DNA of 64,000 bases from Octopus bimaculoides (Eukaryota): contig NC_068984.1 of the NCBI RefSeq assembly GCF_001194135.2, positions 4,734,477-4,798,476 of the forward strand, given 5' to 3'. Positions 24,061 through 37,700 of the stretch are shown piece after piece. The notes beneath the pieces were generated by a model. The model was not told the DNA's origin and made no database searches. It saw only the letters and a list, made by a program, of their open reading frames with translations. A program made the translations under genes and the position numbers. Within the stretch, counting starts at the first letter, position 1. Every line of letters begins with the position of its first letter.

Positions 24061-26284
24061 AGGAGTCAGTCGTTCTAGAATATAATGAGGTGTAAATAAT
24101 ACCTATGATAATTAAGACACAGTGCAAATAAGCCTCGACCTACATCTGTCAGTCTGTCTGTCTCTAGTTTTTTTTATACAACGATCAACACCAAATGTAA
24201 TCTTGGACCTGGTGTTGATGATAAGCCTCTGTATCAGTTTGTTTTCGTTGTCGACTTTTAATAATTTCACTGGCGTCCCAACCATGACCATCGGTCCTTT
24301 TGCTGTTGGTATTTTGTATCCAAGATTACAATATCGAAAGCATGTCTTTTTGTTTTCAAACAGTTGGGTGCGATGTGAACAATATTTGATTGCTATTTCT
24401 AGCAGATCGAGGTTTCAGCAATGGGTTATTTCAACATTAGTTGCTGTAGTTGTTTAACCCTCGGTCAATCATGCTCCTTATGATCAGCCAAGGGCGTCTC
24501 ATCTGTGACCAAGATTTTCTAGACATAGTATACTTGATAACATTTTCCAGCAAGTCTTTTCTGATACAAGTTTTTTTTAGAGAGCTTTTGCTGCCACTCA
24601 AGTCCTAGAAAACGCAATATCAAAAGTTCTAGAAGACAGAACATGAGGGTTTTAGAATCTGATAAAATCCCAATTAACGAACATGGTGTCAATTAAGCCG
24701 CTATCTATAGCATAAAACTGCACTTTCACTGCAGCAGTATATATACGAGGCAGCTTATATTTATAGTTATTAGAACGAGGCTATGAGAGTCAATTACTAT
24801 TGGCGTAGCCAAAGCAGTATGGTAGGGAAGGTTGCTTTCGTAACTATGTCGTTCAAACGAACGGTCATCATGATCAAGCCTATAGCCTCGGGTCAACCCA
24901 AACCTTGAAAGTGAAATGTGTTAAACGGAAACTGTGTGGAAGCCTGCTGGAAGAATTGTCTCTGATCTTGGGTCGGAGACTGAAACCGTCTCTCGGATTA
25001 ATACTACCATCCGACCGTTGAATGCTTTTAACGGAGCCAATTTTGTTGCAAGCATTCGGATATGGTTTCTAGTCCCAGGAGAATCATTACACTTCTTCCA
25101 ATCAATCTCCAAGAATTCGGAGGAAGAAGGAAAGATGGCTGCTGCTTTTCTTCTGTGAATCAGACATTTGAATAAAAAGGCCGCAAACACATTGTAGTAC
25201 TGCTGGCTGGATGCGAACCATTTACTTTTTTGGTAGTAGAGTAGTAGTATATGGAGACAGTCAGCTGCAGTTAATTCACATACAGAACACAACAGAAACA
25301 TCTTCCATATTTTACACGACCATGGATGTGACGCTAGTAAAATTAAGACGATTATAATGGTATTTTCATATAGATAATGTTTTATTGTTTTGTCACAGCG
25401 TTTATTATGGTTTAAACCGATGTTTACTGTGCGTTTGTTGTAACTTTTACCATGAATAGTGAACATGGGAGTTATTTTGTCGCACACTGTACATTTAGAC
25501 ATTTATAAATTGCTATCAACTGAGAATGAAAAAATATGGATTTATATGCCTTATACGGATGCTAATAATGATCAGAAACGATACGAAAATATATCCAGCG
25601 GCAAGAAGCATAAAAGAAAATACGTAGTATCGGAATATTTTTAGTAGAATTTATACAATTAAAGACCGCTAGAATATAGCGTGCACTGAAATAAGGTGTG
25701 TTTAACGTGCAAACAACATTTAAATTTAATTGGGGGAAGTTTAAGTACAGGAAGAGCTGAAGCTAGTTTTATAAAATAATTGTGAGATGTTTAAATGACA
25801 ATTTCTGTTTATAAATAGGGGTGCATAAAAATATTTCAGAGTATGTCGAAGTGTATTAGCAGAAAATCTAAAAGATTCTATTTTGATATTCTCTGACCAT
25901 TTTGGTTCTTATACTGGAGACCAGCTGGAATTTAAATGGAAACCCCACCACGCAAAATATTCGTGTCAAGTATAAAAAAGAATTAATCATTTAGAAAAGA
26001 AATTAGACAACTTTAAATGATCTGGTTACTATGGAAACGCATAGTTAATGAGGAAATTGAGATAAAAGGTGTCCAAGAGAATCGTAGTTAACAATATTGT
26101 GAAGAAAGACAAAAGGAAAACTTCTGAGAAACGGATGAAAATCAAATGGAAAGATTCTTTTTATAGATGAGACGTCAACATGGCTGCGTTAAGTGTTTGC
26201 GCAAGGATCGTATTATCGGTCCTGGAAGAGCGAATGGTAAAGTCAACCCACATGGGATATGAACTCTGAACATAGATGATGGAA

Positions 26285-26472
<188 letters not shown>

Positions 26473-26480
26473 ACGATGAC

Positions 26481-27165
26481 GCAATGATTCAGTGCGATCA
26501 CTTGACATCGGAAACCGGACATTGTTCTGGTGAATAAAAAAGAAAGAACACTACTGACAGCAACAAATGCAGAATGTGTGGTGAGAGGGGTGAAATGGAA
26601 TGGCACATCGTTAGCGAATGCCCGAAATTGGCACAACGCCTGGAACAAATTGGCACAACTCCTGGAACTGCACGCCTATTGCGTAAAAGACGTCATGACA
26701 ATGTGGCAAGAATGATCCATTGGGGGCTCTGTGGAAATCACGGCCTACAAAGAGCAAAGACGTGGTATGAGAAAATCCCAGAAGGAATCACCGAAAATGA
26801 GAATTACAAAATCCTGTGGGATGCAATGATTCAGTGCGATCACCCGACCAGACATCGGAAACCAGACATTGTTGTGAATAAAAAGAAAGAACATGTATGA
26901 TAATCAACATAGCATGCCCCGGTGACAACAGGATCAATGTGAAAGAAGAAAAATAAACAACTATGAGACGATTTAAAGTGGGAAATACGAAGGTTGTGGT
27001 CAATGAAGAGAGTAGACGTGATAGCAATAGGAATTGGTGCACTTGGGAGTATCAGCACTCAACAATCAACATGGCTGGAAAAGATTGGTGCAAATGTGAA
27101 GGTAAAACACCTACAAAAATCCGCATTGCTTGGAACTGCAAGAATTCTTCTGCTCAATACCACAG
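26481..27165 (+). mobile_element. R4/Dong-type LINE 3' fragment with CCHC finger and restriction-like endonuclease (degenerate)
   Basis: C(R)MCGERGE..HIVSECPKLAQ...KRRHDNVARMIHW..KILWDAMIQCDH..RHRKPDIVV..IACPGDNRI..E...VIAIGIGALG..LQKSALLGTARIL. Confidence 0.9.
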
Positions 27166-27169
27166 ATTT

Positions 27170-27425
27170 GTTTGTCAGTTGTTTGATCTTAAACAGTTGA
27201 GCATGTCCCTTGGTGGCTGACGATATGTGCATCTCTGATCATGAGCAGAAGTAGTGGGGGAGCATCATAGCCATGTGTTGAGAGGAATTCTTTAGGGTTT
27301 AAATAATTCACCTTTGGAAACATGGATGTTTTGCTCAACATCCTTAAACAAACCTTATTCAGGGACGTTTTGAGCGGGATGGGCTACTCGACCTGAAAAA
27401 ATTCTAACTGGGTCCCCACCTGCAA
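27170..27425 (+). mobile_element. Second copy of the 1845-2200 repeat family (3'-truncated)
   Basis: Near-identity with 1845-2015 plus additional 5' sequence (GAGCATGTCCCTTGGTGGCTGACGATATG). Confidence 0.7.
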
Positions 27426-27509
27426 GGAATTTTAACTCAGAACGTAAAGACGGACGAAGCACCGCTAAACAGTCTTCCCGGCGAGCTAGCGATTCTTCCT
27501 GCTCGCTGC

Positions 27510-28089
27510 CTTGCGTAGACACGACAAAGCAGCCCGAAACCTCCGCTGGCTACTATGGAATAAGTATGGATATGAGGTTACGGGTGCTTGGTACCAACAT
27601 ACACCGGAAAAGGTAATGGACGAAAAGGGATTTTGACTGCCAGACAGACAAAGTGTTAGAGCCCCCGAAGACTGGATATAGTAACTTTTAGGAGGGACAA
27701 ACAAGAGTGCTTAATAATTGACGTGTCAGTGCCAGGAGATCAACATATCATCATGAAAGAAAGAGAAAAGATTGATAAATATGGAGATCTGAGAATTGAG
27801 ATCGCTAAGATGTGGCAGGTACGAGAGTCGAACACAAAGGTTATCCCTATTGTCATCGGAGGATTTGGGTTCAATACCACCCAATCTGAAAAAAACATCT
27901 GAAAACCTTAGAAATACTCTACAATTTAGATGTATTGCAAAAGTCTGCATTACTTGGAACTGCATACATATTGCGTAAAGTACTGTCTGTCTGAGGTCCT
28001 TGTTGTGACTTAACAAACAGTACGAACCCCTGGTAGACACAATGTCTTCAATCAACAACCTCACGATATTGTATACTGTGCGACGTCTA

Positions 28090-28174
<85 letters not shown>
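27510..28174 (+). mobile_element. Second R4/Dong-type RLE LINE 3' end with (TAC)n tail
   Basis: RRHDKAARNL.W..KYGYEV..AWYQHTPEKVM..DCQTDKVL..R.DIV..LIIDVSVPGD..MKEREKIDKYGDLRIEIAKMW..LQKSALLGTAYILRKVLSV*. (TAC)n at 28090-28174. Confidence 0.9.
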
Positions 28175-28175
<1 letters not shown>

Positions 28176-28461
28176 ATTCTAAAGGTACAAGGCCTGAAAT
28201 TTGTGTGTTTGTGTTTTGTCCCCCCACCATCGCTTGACAACCGAGGTTGGAATGTTTACGTTCCCGTAACGTAGCGGTTCGGCAAAAGCGTACGATAGAA
28301 TAAATACTAGGTTTCCAAAGAATAAGTTTTGGGGTCGATTTGTTCGATTAAAGGCGGAGCTCCAGCATGGCCGCAGTCAAATGACTGAAACTTGTAAAAG
28401 AATAAAATAAAAAAATAAAAGAATAATGGAAGAAGTACTTCAACTACAAAATCCTTGTAAG

Positions 28462-28558
28462 GACCTCCAAGGGTCATATGGACCCCCGAGGATCATATGG
28501 AACTCCAAGGGTTATATGGATCCCTAAGGATCAAATGGATCCTGGCTGACAATCGCTG
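28462..28558. repeat. Four 19-bp tandem units next to a hAT-like terminus
   Basis: GACCTCCAAGGGTCATATG-like x4, then CCTGGCTGACAATCGCTG (rc CAGCGATTGTCAGCCAGG, Charlie-like TIR). The partner TIR is not seen. Confidence 0.6.
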
Positions 28559-28953
28559 ATTTAATCCATTCCAATGTTATTCGAATTAACACGATAATTC
28601 TTCATAGCGCTTTAGGAATATTTCTTTCCAGTTCTATTCCTCCGCTAAATCTTTCATCTTTAATTTTTGCTTATTTCTGTCATTAGACTGCGGCCATGCT
28701 GGGGCAGCGCATTGAAGAACTTTTAATCGAATGAATCGATTCCAGTACTTATTTTATTGTTTTTTGTTTTTTTTACCAAACCGCTACTTTACCGGGATGT
28801 TAACGTTACCAACACCGATTGTCAAGCGGCGATGAGGTGGGGTGGGGGCAAACACACACACACACACATNNNNNNNNNNNNNNNNNNNNNNNNNNNNNNN
28901 NNNNNNNNNNNNNNNNNNNNNNNNNNNNNNNNNNNNNNNNNNNNNNNNNNNNN

Positions 28954-29360
28954 TTTTGCTTATTTCTGTCATTAGACTGCGGCCATGCTGGGGCAGCGCA
29001 TTGAAGAACTTTTAATCGAATGAATCGATTCCAGTACTTATTTTATTGTTTTTTGTTTTTTTTACCAAACCGCTACTTTACCGGGATGTTAACGTTACCA
29101 ACACCGATTGTCAAGCGGCGATGAGGTGGGGTGGGGGCAAACACACACACACACACATACACACACACACACACACACATACACACACACACACACACAC
29201 AGATAAACGCACGCACCCCCACACACGTACAACAGGCTTCTTGCTGTTTCCGTGTGCCTAATTAAATCAGAAGGCTTTAGTCGGGCCGAAGCTATAGAAG
29301 AAGAAACTTTCTCGGGACTGAACCCAGAACCATGTGCTTGGGAAGGAAACTTCTTATCAC
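28954..29360 (-). mobile_element. SINE family A with internal (CA)n
   Basis: Right arm, (CA)n, left arm and head (GGGACTGAACCCAGAACCATGTG) in reverse orientation. Confidence 0.8.
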
Positions 29361-29689
29361 ACTTGAAATTTGAATAAACTTCACCTCATTTCAGACACAC
29401 AATGATGTAGATTAAAAAAACGAACGAATTTATCTGACAACCCAATATATTTTATTTAGTATTCGACCGATATTAGCAAGCTCCTTTCTTTAGAAGACAA
29501 CGAAAACAAACAAAAAGAAAAGAAAATGGTAACGGCGGCGGGTAATAACAGCAGACTTAGCTCTGTTGAATGTAAGATCACTGTACATAGAACATAGATT
29601 AAAAGATTATTATATCCTGTTAGCTTTTGACGTTGATGTTCTTATTCAATTTTAGTTTATTTATAAAGTTTACATTTTCACTGCAATGC

Positions 29690-29905
29690 AATCTCTTCCT
29701 GGCCGCCATCTTAGGTGTTCGTTTTCAATTTCTTTTCAAATTTTTGTTCTTGCTTTAGTTTTGTTTTTAAAACAACAATAACAATAACAACAACAACAAC
29801 AACACAGACAACAACATCAACAGCAACAACAACAACAACAAAAACAACAACTCTGTCTATTTATCAATTTCAATGAAGCGATAATGTAAGGCAGCCATTT
29901 TCGTT
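29690..29905. promoter_or_regulatory. Possible promoter-like unique segment with YY1-type motifs
   Basis: GGCCGCCATCTT at 29701-29712 and GCAGCCATTTT at 29891-29901. The minus-strand ATG at 29709 is in AAGATGGCGG context (MAARKRLHCSEN...). Motifs only. Confidence 0.2.
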
Positions 29906-29997
29906 CATCAATAAGCAGCAATTGTTTTCCTTAAGTTAAGTGAAAGAAAGGACCGATCACATACACACACACACACACACACACATTATATATACAT

Positions 29998-30054
<57 letters not shown>

Positions 30055-31479
30055 NNNNNNNNNNNNNNNNNNNNNNNNNNNNNNNNNNNNNNNNNNNNNN
30101 NNNNNNNNNNNNNNNNNNNNNNNNNNNNNNNNNNNNNNNNNNNNNNNNNNNNNNNNNNNNNNNNNNNNNNNNNNNNNNNNNNNNNNNNNNNNNNNNNNNN
30201 NNNNNNNNNNNNNNNNNNNNNNNNNNNNNNNNNNNNNNNNNNNNNNNNNNNNNNNNNNNNNNNNNNNNNNNNNNNNNNNNNNNNNNNNNNNNNNNNNNNN
30301 NNNNNNNNNNNNNNNNNNNNNNNNNNNNNNNNNNNNNNNNNNNNNNNNNNNNNNNNNNNNNNNNNNNNNNNNNNNNNNNNNNNNNNNNNNNNNNNNNNNN
30401 NNNNNNNNNNNNNNNNNNNNNNNNNNNNNNNNNNNNNNNNNNNNNNNNNNNNNNNNNNNNNNNNNNNNNNNNNNNNNNNNNNNNNNNNNNNNNNNNNNNN
30501 NNNNNNNNNNNNNNNNNNNNNNNNNNNNNNNNNNNNNNNNNNNNNNNNNNNNNNNNNNNNNNNNNNNNNNNNNNNNNNNNNNNNNNNNNNNNNNNNNNNN
30601 NNNNNNNNNNNNNNNNNNNNNNNNNNNNNNNNNNNNNNNNNNNNNNNNNNNNNNNNNNNNNNNNNNNNNNNNNNNNNNNNNNNNNNNNNNNNNNNNNNNN
30701 NNNNNNNNNNNNNNNNNNNNNNNNNNNNNNNNTATATATATGTATATATATATATATATATAAAATCAGCCTGTTCTTTCATTTGACTTTAGCAAAACAA
30801 CAGCAAAACAACATAAAATATACATCATACAAATATATCCTTAAACACACATGTTTACACACACACACACACACACACACAAAGTCACATACACAGTCAC
30901 ACACACGTGCATAGATTTATAATAACATTATAATTGGCAGATTTTTAGGTTATTGATAAAAATTAAAAAAAGAAAAATCGGTATGCGAAAGAAATGAAAA
31001 CGGTATTTATTAAAGAAAACACGAAGAATTGTTTAAGAATAATAATAATAATAATAAAAAAAGAAATAATTGAATACAAGAGCACAGTGAAAGAACCGAG
31101 TGTTGCAGAAAAATGATATTTTAGAATGCGCCACAAAAGACGACCTCAAAGCGAATTAGTATCATCGCTAGACGAATAATATTTAATATAAAACCCATAT
31201 GATTGATTTGCACATTGAAATTTTGTAGACGGAAACAGATGGTAACTCTGTTGTGAAAAAGAGTGACGTGAACGCAACAACACACACACAACAAAACATT
31301 CTGGTAAAAAAACCACTGATGTTTGTTGATGTGTGAGTAAGAATTCTTGTTGAATATGGAAACCTCAACACGATCTTGTAATTCTATTCTGTTAAGTCTT
31401 CCTTGATTAATTTCCTTTGTGATTGTTCTGTTATGACTGTTTTGGTAAAAATGTCAAACTCGTTATCTTCAGTTCGGTT

Positions 31480-31936
31480 TTCGTGCTTATCCTCTTCTAT
31501 GTTCACGAATGTTGGATAATGACCAAAAGAACACGACCGTGGACAGAAGCGGCCGAAATGGGGCTCCTCTGAAGGATCTCTGGATGAACGTTACTCGAAA
31601 GGATGCGTAGCTCGGAGATCAGGGAGTTTCTCCACGTCCCAGCTGATACGTTTCCGCATTGCGAGGTTACAGCTCCTGTATTACGGACATTTGAGTAGAA
31701 TGTCGAAAGAAAGAATCGCAAAACAGTCTTCAAACCGAATCAACGAGTAGGAGGCCTAGGGGTGGATCAGAACGAGATGATGGGATAATATCCACGGTGT
31801 TAGTTGATCATACTTGGAGATCCAGCCGGAAAGTGTAATGACAGTTGCTTCTGATAATACTCGACGGCAGAGGTACCTGGGGATTCTATCCCCACAACAC
31901 AGCCAGGAATAGTGGACGGAGATAAATGGGTGGATG
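31480..31936 (+). mobile_element. RTE-clade LINE 3' fragment
   Basis: YVHECWIMTKRTRPWTEAAEMGLL*RISG*TLLERMRSSEIREFL..LQLLYYGHLSRMSKERIAK..GIQPESVMTVASD, ending in a GGATG-type tail. Confidence 0.85.
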
Positions 31937-32782
31937 ACTTGTTCTGTTGAATGTTCACTTCGAGTTGCCATGTCATCTGTGAGTTGGTTATTCCAGTGTC
32001 ATGTTTGAATGTAAAAACTATCTTGAATACGGAACAAAGTTATTGTTTTGTGAGGCGGCCAATTGGTAGAGTCGTTAGAGAGTCGGGAAAAATACTTCGC
32101 GATATTTATTCCTGCTCTCTATGCACTGAATTCAAATCCGATCGAAGTCAACTTTGCATTTCATCCTCGTAGGGTGATGAAAATAGAACTGATTCAAGGT
32201 AGTGGATTACCGAAACTGTTAGAACATTGAGCTGGATGCCTTGCGGTATTTGTTCTGGCTGTTTCTGCGTTAAAGACTTGCTTTGGTTTACTCGGGTGGT
32301 AGTTTTTATCCGTCATTCAGTTTATCGCCCTCACCCGGCGCCATGAGTGCCTTAAGCGGACCCCACTCGGTGCAAGTATTTGATCCAGGACCCTAATTTG
32401 AGGATACCTTCTTCGCTCTCTTCGTATCAATATTGGAGGCCCCCCTAGAAGGGTTATAAGCAATGCCTTCCCGCCTGACTAATGAATAAAAAAACATTCT
32501 AATCCATGATTATAATTGAAGTAAACTGAAACCGCTATCAAAAAATGCCTGGAATATTTTAGAAATAAAAAGAATAATCAATGTGTTCATTTTATTTGAA
32601 CCAGGATCCCTCCTCCATCTAGACAGAATCACAACTGCTTAACTAAACATTTTCAATGAACCGCTTAATGGTACATGGTTGGCACGCGAAGCAGTATTGT
32701 GAAATAAACAAACAGACCTTTCGATCAGGTTTCAGGATATATTTAACCTGTAGAAAAGGCCATTTTCACTTCGGTTTGGTAT

Positions 32783-32826
32783 CTAATACTGATGAGAGCA
32801 TAAAGCGCTCGAAATACCTATGTTAG
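32783..32826 (+). ncRNA. Type I HHR-like motif with canonical core
   Basis: CUAAUA-CUGAUGA-GAGC-auaaagc-GCUC-GAAA-UACCUA-UGUUAG. Stem I is 6 bp (one G.U), stem II is a perfect 4 bp, stem III is mismatched. Confidence 0.55.
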
Positions 32827-32862
32827 TCCATAGGAGGCGTTCGAAATGACTTTGATGTTCTA

Positions 32863-33080
32863 CCCTTTAGCATTCGAATTGCTGTCAAATGTAATGCTTA
32901 TTGATTCACATGGTTTTGAACTAATTATGTATTACGTCACAGCTTCGAGATTTCAATGATGTGATTGTTTATTTTTAGAATAACACTGTAGGTTAGGTGT
33001 GAGTGGCCAGAACTGTCCAGTTTGAATATAAAACAAATAAAATGTTTGGGCCTGATATGGTCGGTTTAAATGCCAAAGGG
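32863..33080. mobile_element. piggyBac-like MITE
   Basis: CCCTTTAGCATT...AATGCCAAAGGG followed by TTAA (33081-33084); the left site is decayed (TCTA). Confidence 0.7.
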
Positions 33081-33323
33081 TTAAAGCGAGAATATTCTCC
33101 AGGGTAAGCTACAGGGAAAATGTCTTTTTTTAACCGACCAAATATATCCCAAACGTATTTGAACTGAAAGAAAAAGTTTCTTTATTTAAGGGCACTGCTT
33201 TTTAGCATCTTCGTTCTTTCCTCGAGGTTATCACAAAGAAACACACTCTTTGTGAATTCGCTCACCCCTTGATCCGTTATCGGAAAACATGAAGAAAATA
33301 GACTTGAGAAAATAAACAACAGG

Positions 33324-33755
33324 TGAAGGGCGTGGCTGTGTGGTAAGATGCTCGCTTTCCAACCACACAACTGCAGGCTCAGTCCCACTGCATGGCACCT
33401 TGGGCAAGTGTCTTCTTCAATAACCTCGGACCGACCAAAACCTTGTGAGTGGATTGGGGAACCGAAACTGAAAGAAACCTTTGTCGTGTGTATGTATGTA
33501 TGTATGTGTATGTATGTGTACGTGTGTGTGCGTGTGTGTGTGTGTGCCTGTGTCTGTGTTTGTCTCTGCCACCGTTTGGCAACCGGTGTTGGTGTGTTTA
33601 CATCCAATAACTTAGCGATTCGGTAAAAGACAACCAATAGAATAAGTACCAGGCTTAAAAAAAATTAGTACTGGGAGTCACTTCATTCGATTGAAAATAT
33701 TCTTCAAAGCGGTGCCCCAGCATGGTCGCAGCATAACAAGTGAAACAAGTAAACC
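33324..33755 (+). mobile_element. SINE family A, full length
   Basis: Head GGCGTGGCTGTGTGGTAAG, internal (GTAT)/(GT)n, right arm and tail. Confidence 0.85.
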
Positions 33756-34174
33756 ACAAATGGCTAAAAGGAAACGGGGACAACAAGAGCAATATAAAAC
33801 AGAATTTATTGTAGGCGCTGCCCCAGTCTGGCCGTGGCCACGATAGCTCATACATAAGACAACGAAAGAATCAAATTGTAACTTAATGAATTTCTAAATT
33901 CCATTAGTTTCTTCAAACCCGCTGCAATTTGGCATTAGATTTGTTCGATGACACATTCTTCAAAATTTGATTCTATTTTGTGAATATCGAATTAATAGAA
34001 TCTTGGAACAGATCGAAAATATGTGAGGACGGATTCGAAGGCAAAAACAAGGGAAAAAGGAAAAAAAATACTAATAACAAAAGAACCAACAGTTTTGTTT
34101 TAAATTACTTGTTATGACTTACAATGCACCAAACGCACCCATCAATTTTCCAGGAAAAAATAAATACTAAAAGA

Positions 34175-34715
34175 CAGGCGGAAGAATGGCTGTGTGGTTA
34201 AGACACTCGCCCTGCTTTTAGATTGTCTCGGGTTCGGTCCCACTACGCGGTACCTTGGGCAAGTGTCTTTTACTATAGCTCTGGGCTGAGCAATAGAATG
34301 CGAATAGAGAAAGTCTTTGGAAGCCTGTCGAATATTTAACATTTACATGCTTCAAACATTACATTGCGACCATGCTGGAGTACCGCCTTTAGTCGAACAA
34401 TCGATTTCAGTATTTATGTTTTTCCCTAAGCTATCGGACACTTTCTGACGAACCCCGGACGTAAACAACCAATAAAAGAGTTGTGAAGCGAGGGTGGTGG
34501 GCAAACACAGCAGCATACCCCGCCACCACATAGACATATACATATATACACTTATGTATACTATGGATTACTTTCAGTTTCTGTCTATCAAATCTACTCA
34601 CAAGGCTTTGGTCGACCCGGATCTATAGCAGAAGAGACTTGCCAAGGTGTCACTTTGTGGGAACGAACCTAGAACCATGCGGTTGGGAAGCAAACTTCTT
34701 ACCACAGAGCCACAC
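34175..34715. mobile_element. Two SINE family A copies tail to tail (+ 34175-34330, - 34355-34715)
   Basis: Heads TGGCTGTGTGGTTAAG on + and CTTCTTACCACAGAGCCACAC on -. Confidence 0.75.
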
Positions 34716-34737
34716 CTGTATGTGTGTGTTGTGTGTG

Positions 34738-35006
<269 letters not shown>

Positions 35007-35919
35007 TATATACACCCATCCTGAAACGCTCTTAGATACATCTTCCTAAACACACACACACACATATATACATGTATATATATATATGCATACGCATATA
35101 TTCATTATATAAGGTTTGTATATGTATATATATGCTGACTCATACATACATACATACATGCATATGTATGTATATTTATATGTGTGTGTGTATGTATATA
35201 TATGTATATATGTATGTATGTATGTATGCATATATACACATATGCATTATATATATATATGTGTATACATACATATACATAGCAAATGCTCCTTTCACAC
35301 ATTTTTTCGAAAACAACATACATATATAGCTACACACATACACACATACACACAAACACATACACATATATACGCCGAGACACTCTCAATTAAGTATGAG
35401 CGAACTTGATAGGAATCATCTCTATTCCTTAAGTGGGCGATTAATTCCTTTCAAGTATTAAGTAGATGTGGGGGGNNNNNNNNNNNNNNNNNNNNNNNNN
35501 NNNNNNNNNNNNNNNNNNNNNNNNNNNNNNNNNNNNNNNNNNNNNNNNNNNNNNNNNNNNNNNNNNNNNNNNNNNNNNNNNNNNNNNNNNNNNNNNNNNN
35601 NNNNNNNNNNNNNNNNNNNNNNNNNNNNNNNNNNNNNNNNNNNNNNNNNNNNNNNNNNNNNNNNNNNNNNNNNNNNNNNNNNNNNNNNNNNNNNNNNNNN
35701 NNNNNNNNNNNNNNNNNNNNNNNNNNNNNNNNNNNNNNNNNNNNNNNNNNNNNNNNNNNNNNNNNNNNNNNNNNNNNNNNNNNNNNNNNNNNNNNNNNNT
35801 GTTTAGTCTTGTATGAAATAATAAAACTGGTTTCTGGACTGAAAGAGATATCTTTATGAATGAAGGGTCCGGTTGTATATGATATCTGTTATGTAGAGAT
35901 AATAAAAGAAAAAAATGAT

Positions 35920-36330
35920 CTACTTTGTTTTAGTCACTGGATCGCGGCTTTGCTGGAGCATTGCCTGGAAGGGCTTACTGGAATAAACTGACTCTAGTAT
36001 CCATTTTCAGATTAGTGCTTATTGCTTATTCGCGGGGGCGTAAACAAACCAGCATCGGTTGTCAGGCAGTAATAGAAGCATAAGCACAAGCAATCGCACG
36101 CACTCACTAACACACACACACACGTACACACACGTGCGCAACACACAAACACACACACACACACACAAATACACACACACAAACACACACACACACGACA
36201 AGCTTCCACACTGCTTCCATCTACCAAATTCCCGTTACAAGGCATTGCTTGGCTCATGGTTATTGTAGAAAACACTTGCCCAAGGTGTCACACAGGAGAG
36301 CTGAACCCTAGACCATATGGTTGCAAGTCC
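35920..36330 (-). mobile_element. SINE family A with internal (CA)-rich tract
   Basis: TTCCATCTACCAAATTC..AGAAAACACTTGCCCAAGGTG..CTGAACCCTAGACCATATGGTTG. Confidence 0.75.
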
Positions 36331-36394
36331 AAGCTAGTGTCTTCGACTCAATCGTGACAATAAAAATAATGAATATTAGAGTCAGAAGGTCACA

Positions 36395-36700
36395 ATGCCA
36401 GAAGAATAATTTAATATATAAGTGTTCAAAACGCCTGAAACTGTCTGTTATTACACAGGTGTTATCGCTTCGAAATTCAATATCAGAATATATAACCACA
36501 TCCATTCTTTTAGATACAAAAGAAACCTGCACTTCGTTGATCAAGTTTATCTGGGACCTCAAAGGAAGAAATATAGACTACTCTATAGTGATGCTTTTTT
36601 TACAGTAGGATGGAAAGAAGCTGTAATTTGTGCTTGGAGGAGGCACTGGAAATTTTCCTTTGTAAATCCAACTTCTAAATCGCAGTTCACATTTAACAAA
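36395..36700 (+). pseudogene. Penelope-like GIY-YIG endonuclease remnant
   Basis: Across frameshifts: NLIYKCS..YTGVIASKFNIRIYNHIHSFRYK..TSLIKFIWDLKGRNIDYSI..CNLCLEEALEI. Confidence 0.7.
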
Positions 36701-37484
36701 ATTCTTAAAATTTCCATACAAAAATCGTACATAATTAAGTAGCCAAGCTATGACTGAGATGAGTATCTGCGTTCCGTTCTTGTGGATTCTTCCACCTCTT
36801 TTAAAAATGTTTTTTTCCTAATATTTATTCTAATCCTTAACTATTGTACCTAATTTAATATAGCTTAATTTTATTGAATTGCATTTATTTTAACTGTAGT
36901 AAGTCTAATATTTCTTGATTATACAGATGAACTTTTAACTTAAGAGATATACCTATTATACACCTAGTCGAATTTTCCCCCGTTCTGTCTTCAAGTTACT
37001 TTCAACTCTCTCCTCCGTCTTAACTTAAAAATACCACCCCTCCACAAATTAGTGCTGCAAAAATATTTAATAGTAATTTTGTATGGTCAGTTTTTCACTG
37101 ACCAGCAGACTCTTATAGTTGATGGCATCTTGACCTCTCAGAACTGTAAATTTAGCAAGTAGATAATAAATCAAATAAGGTAATTTGATAAATCAGTTAT
37201 CTAAAATCCCCGCGTAGTCTTGATATTTATAACTCGAAGACAATACGTCTCACTTACACAAGTACGTTTGTTGTAAACTCTGAAAATTTACCATAATAAC
37301 TAAGGCGATCTAAGGAGAGTGGTTGAAGGCTAACTGTTCCATTAATTAACTGTTCCATTAATTAACTGATCAATCACGCATACAAATCATTGTATAACGG
37401 CGAAATGGTCCCTCTAGAAATTTGAAACGATTCGAACATTGAATAAAGTCATGTAAAAACCATCTTCATTTTTCTGTCTGATTG

Positions 37485-37529
<45 letters not shown>

Positions 37530-37665
37530 AACACACACACACACACATACATACATACGTACATAATACATACATACATATAGTGAATCCAAACAAAGAA
37601 GAACAAATATGAAAAACAACAACAAGTAATGTATTATCAGAAGCTCGGGAAAGGAAAGAAAGAGG

Positions 37666-37700
37666 ATTTAACGTTTCGAGCAAAGTTCTTCTTCAGAAAT
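37666..37700 (-). ncRNA. Minimal type I HHR-like motif
   Basis: Minus strand: AUUU-CUGAAGA-A-GAAC-uuu-GCUC-GAAAC-GUU-AAAU. Stem I is 4 bp, palindromic AACGUU, GUU triplet, one stem II mismatch. Confidence 0.5.

Noticed and set aside
28665-29158. Exact 205-bp direct repeat on either side of an N gap (similarly 15163-15226 / 15243-15306)
   Set aside because: Identical sequence flanking a gap and ending in a microsatellite is typical of unmerged contig overlap; most likely an assembly artefact.
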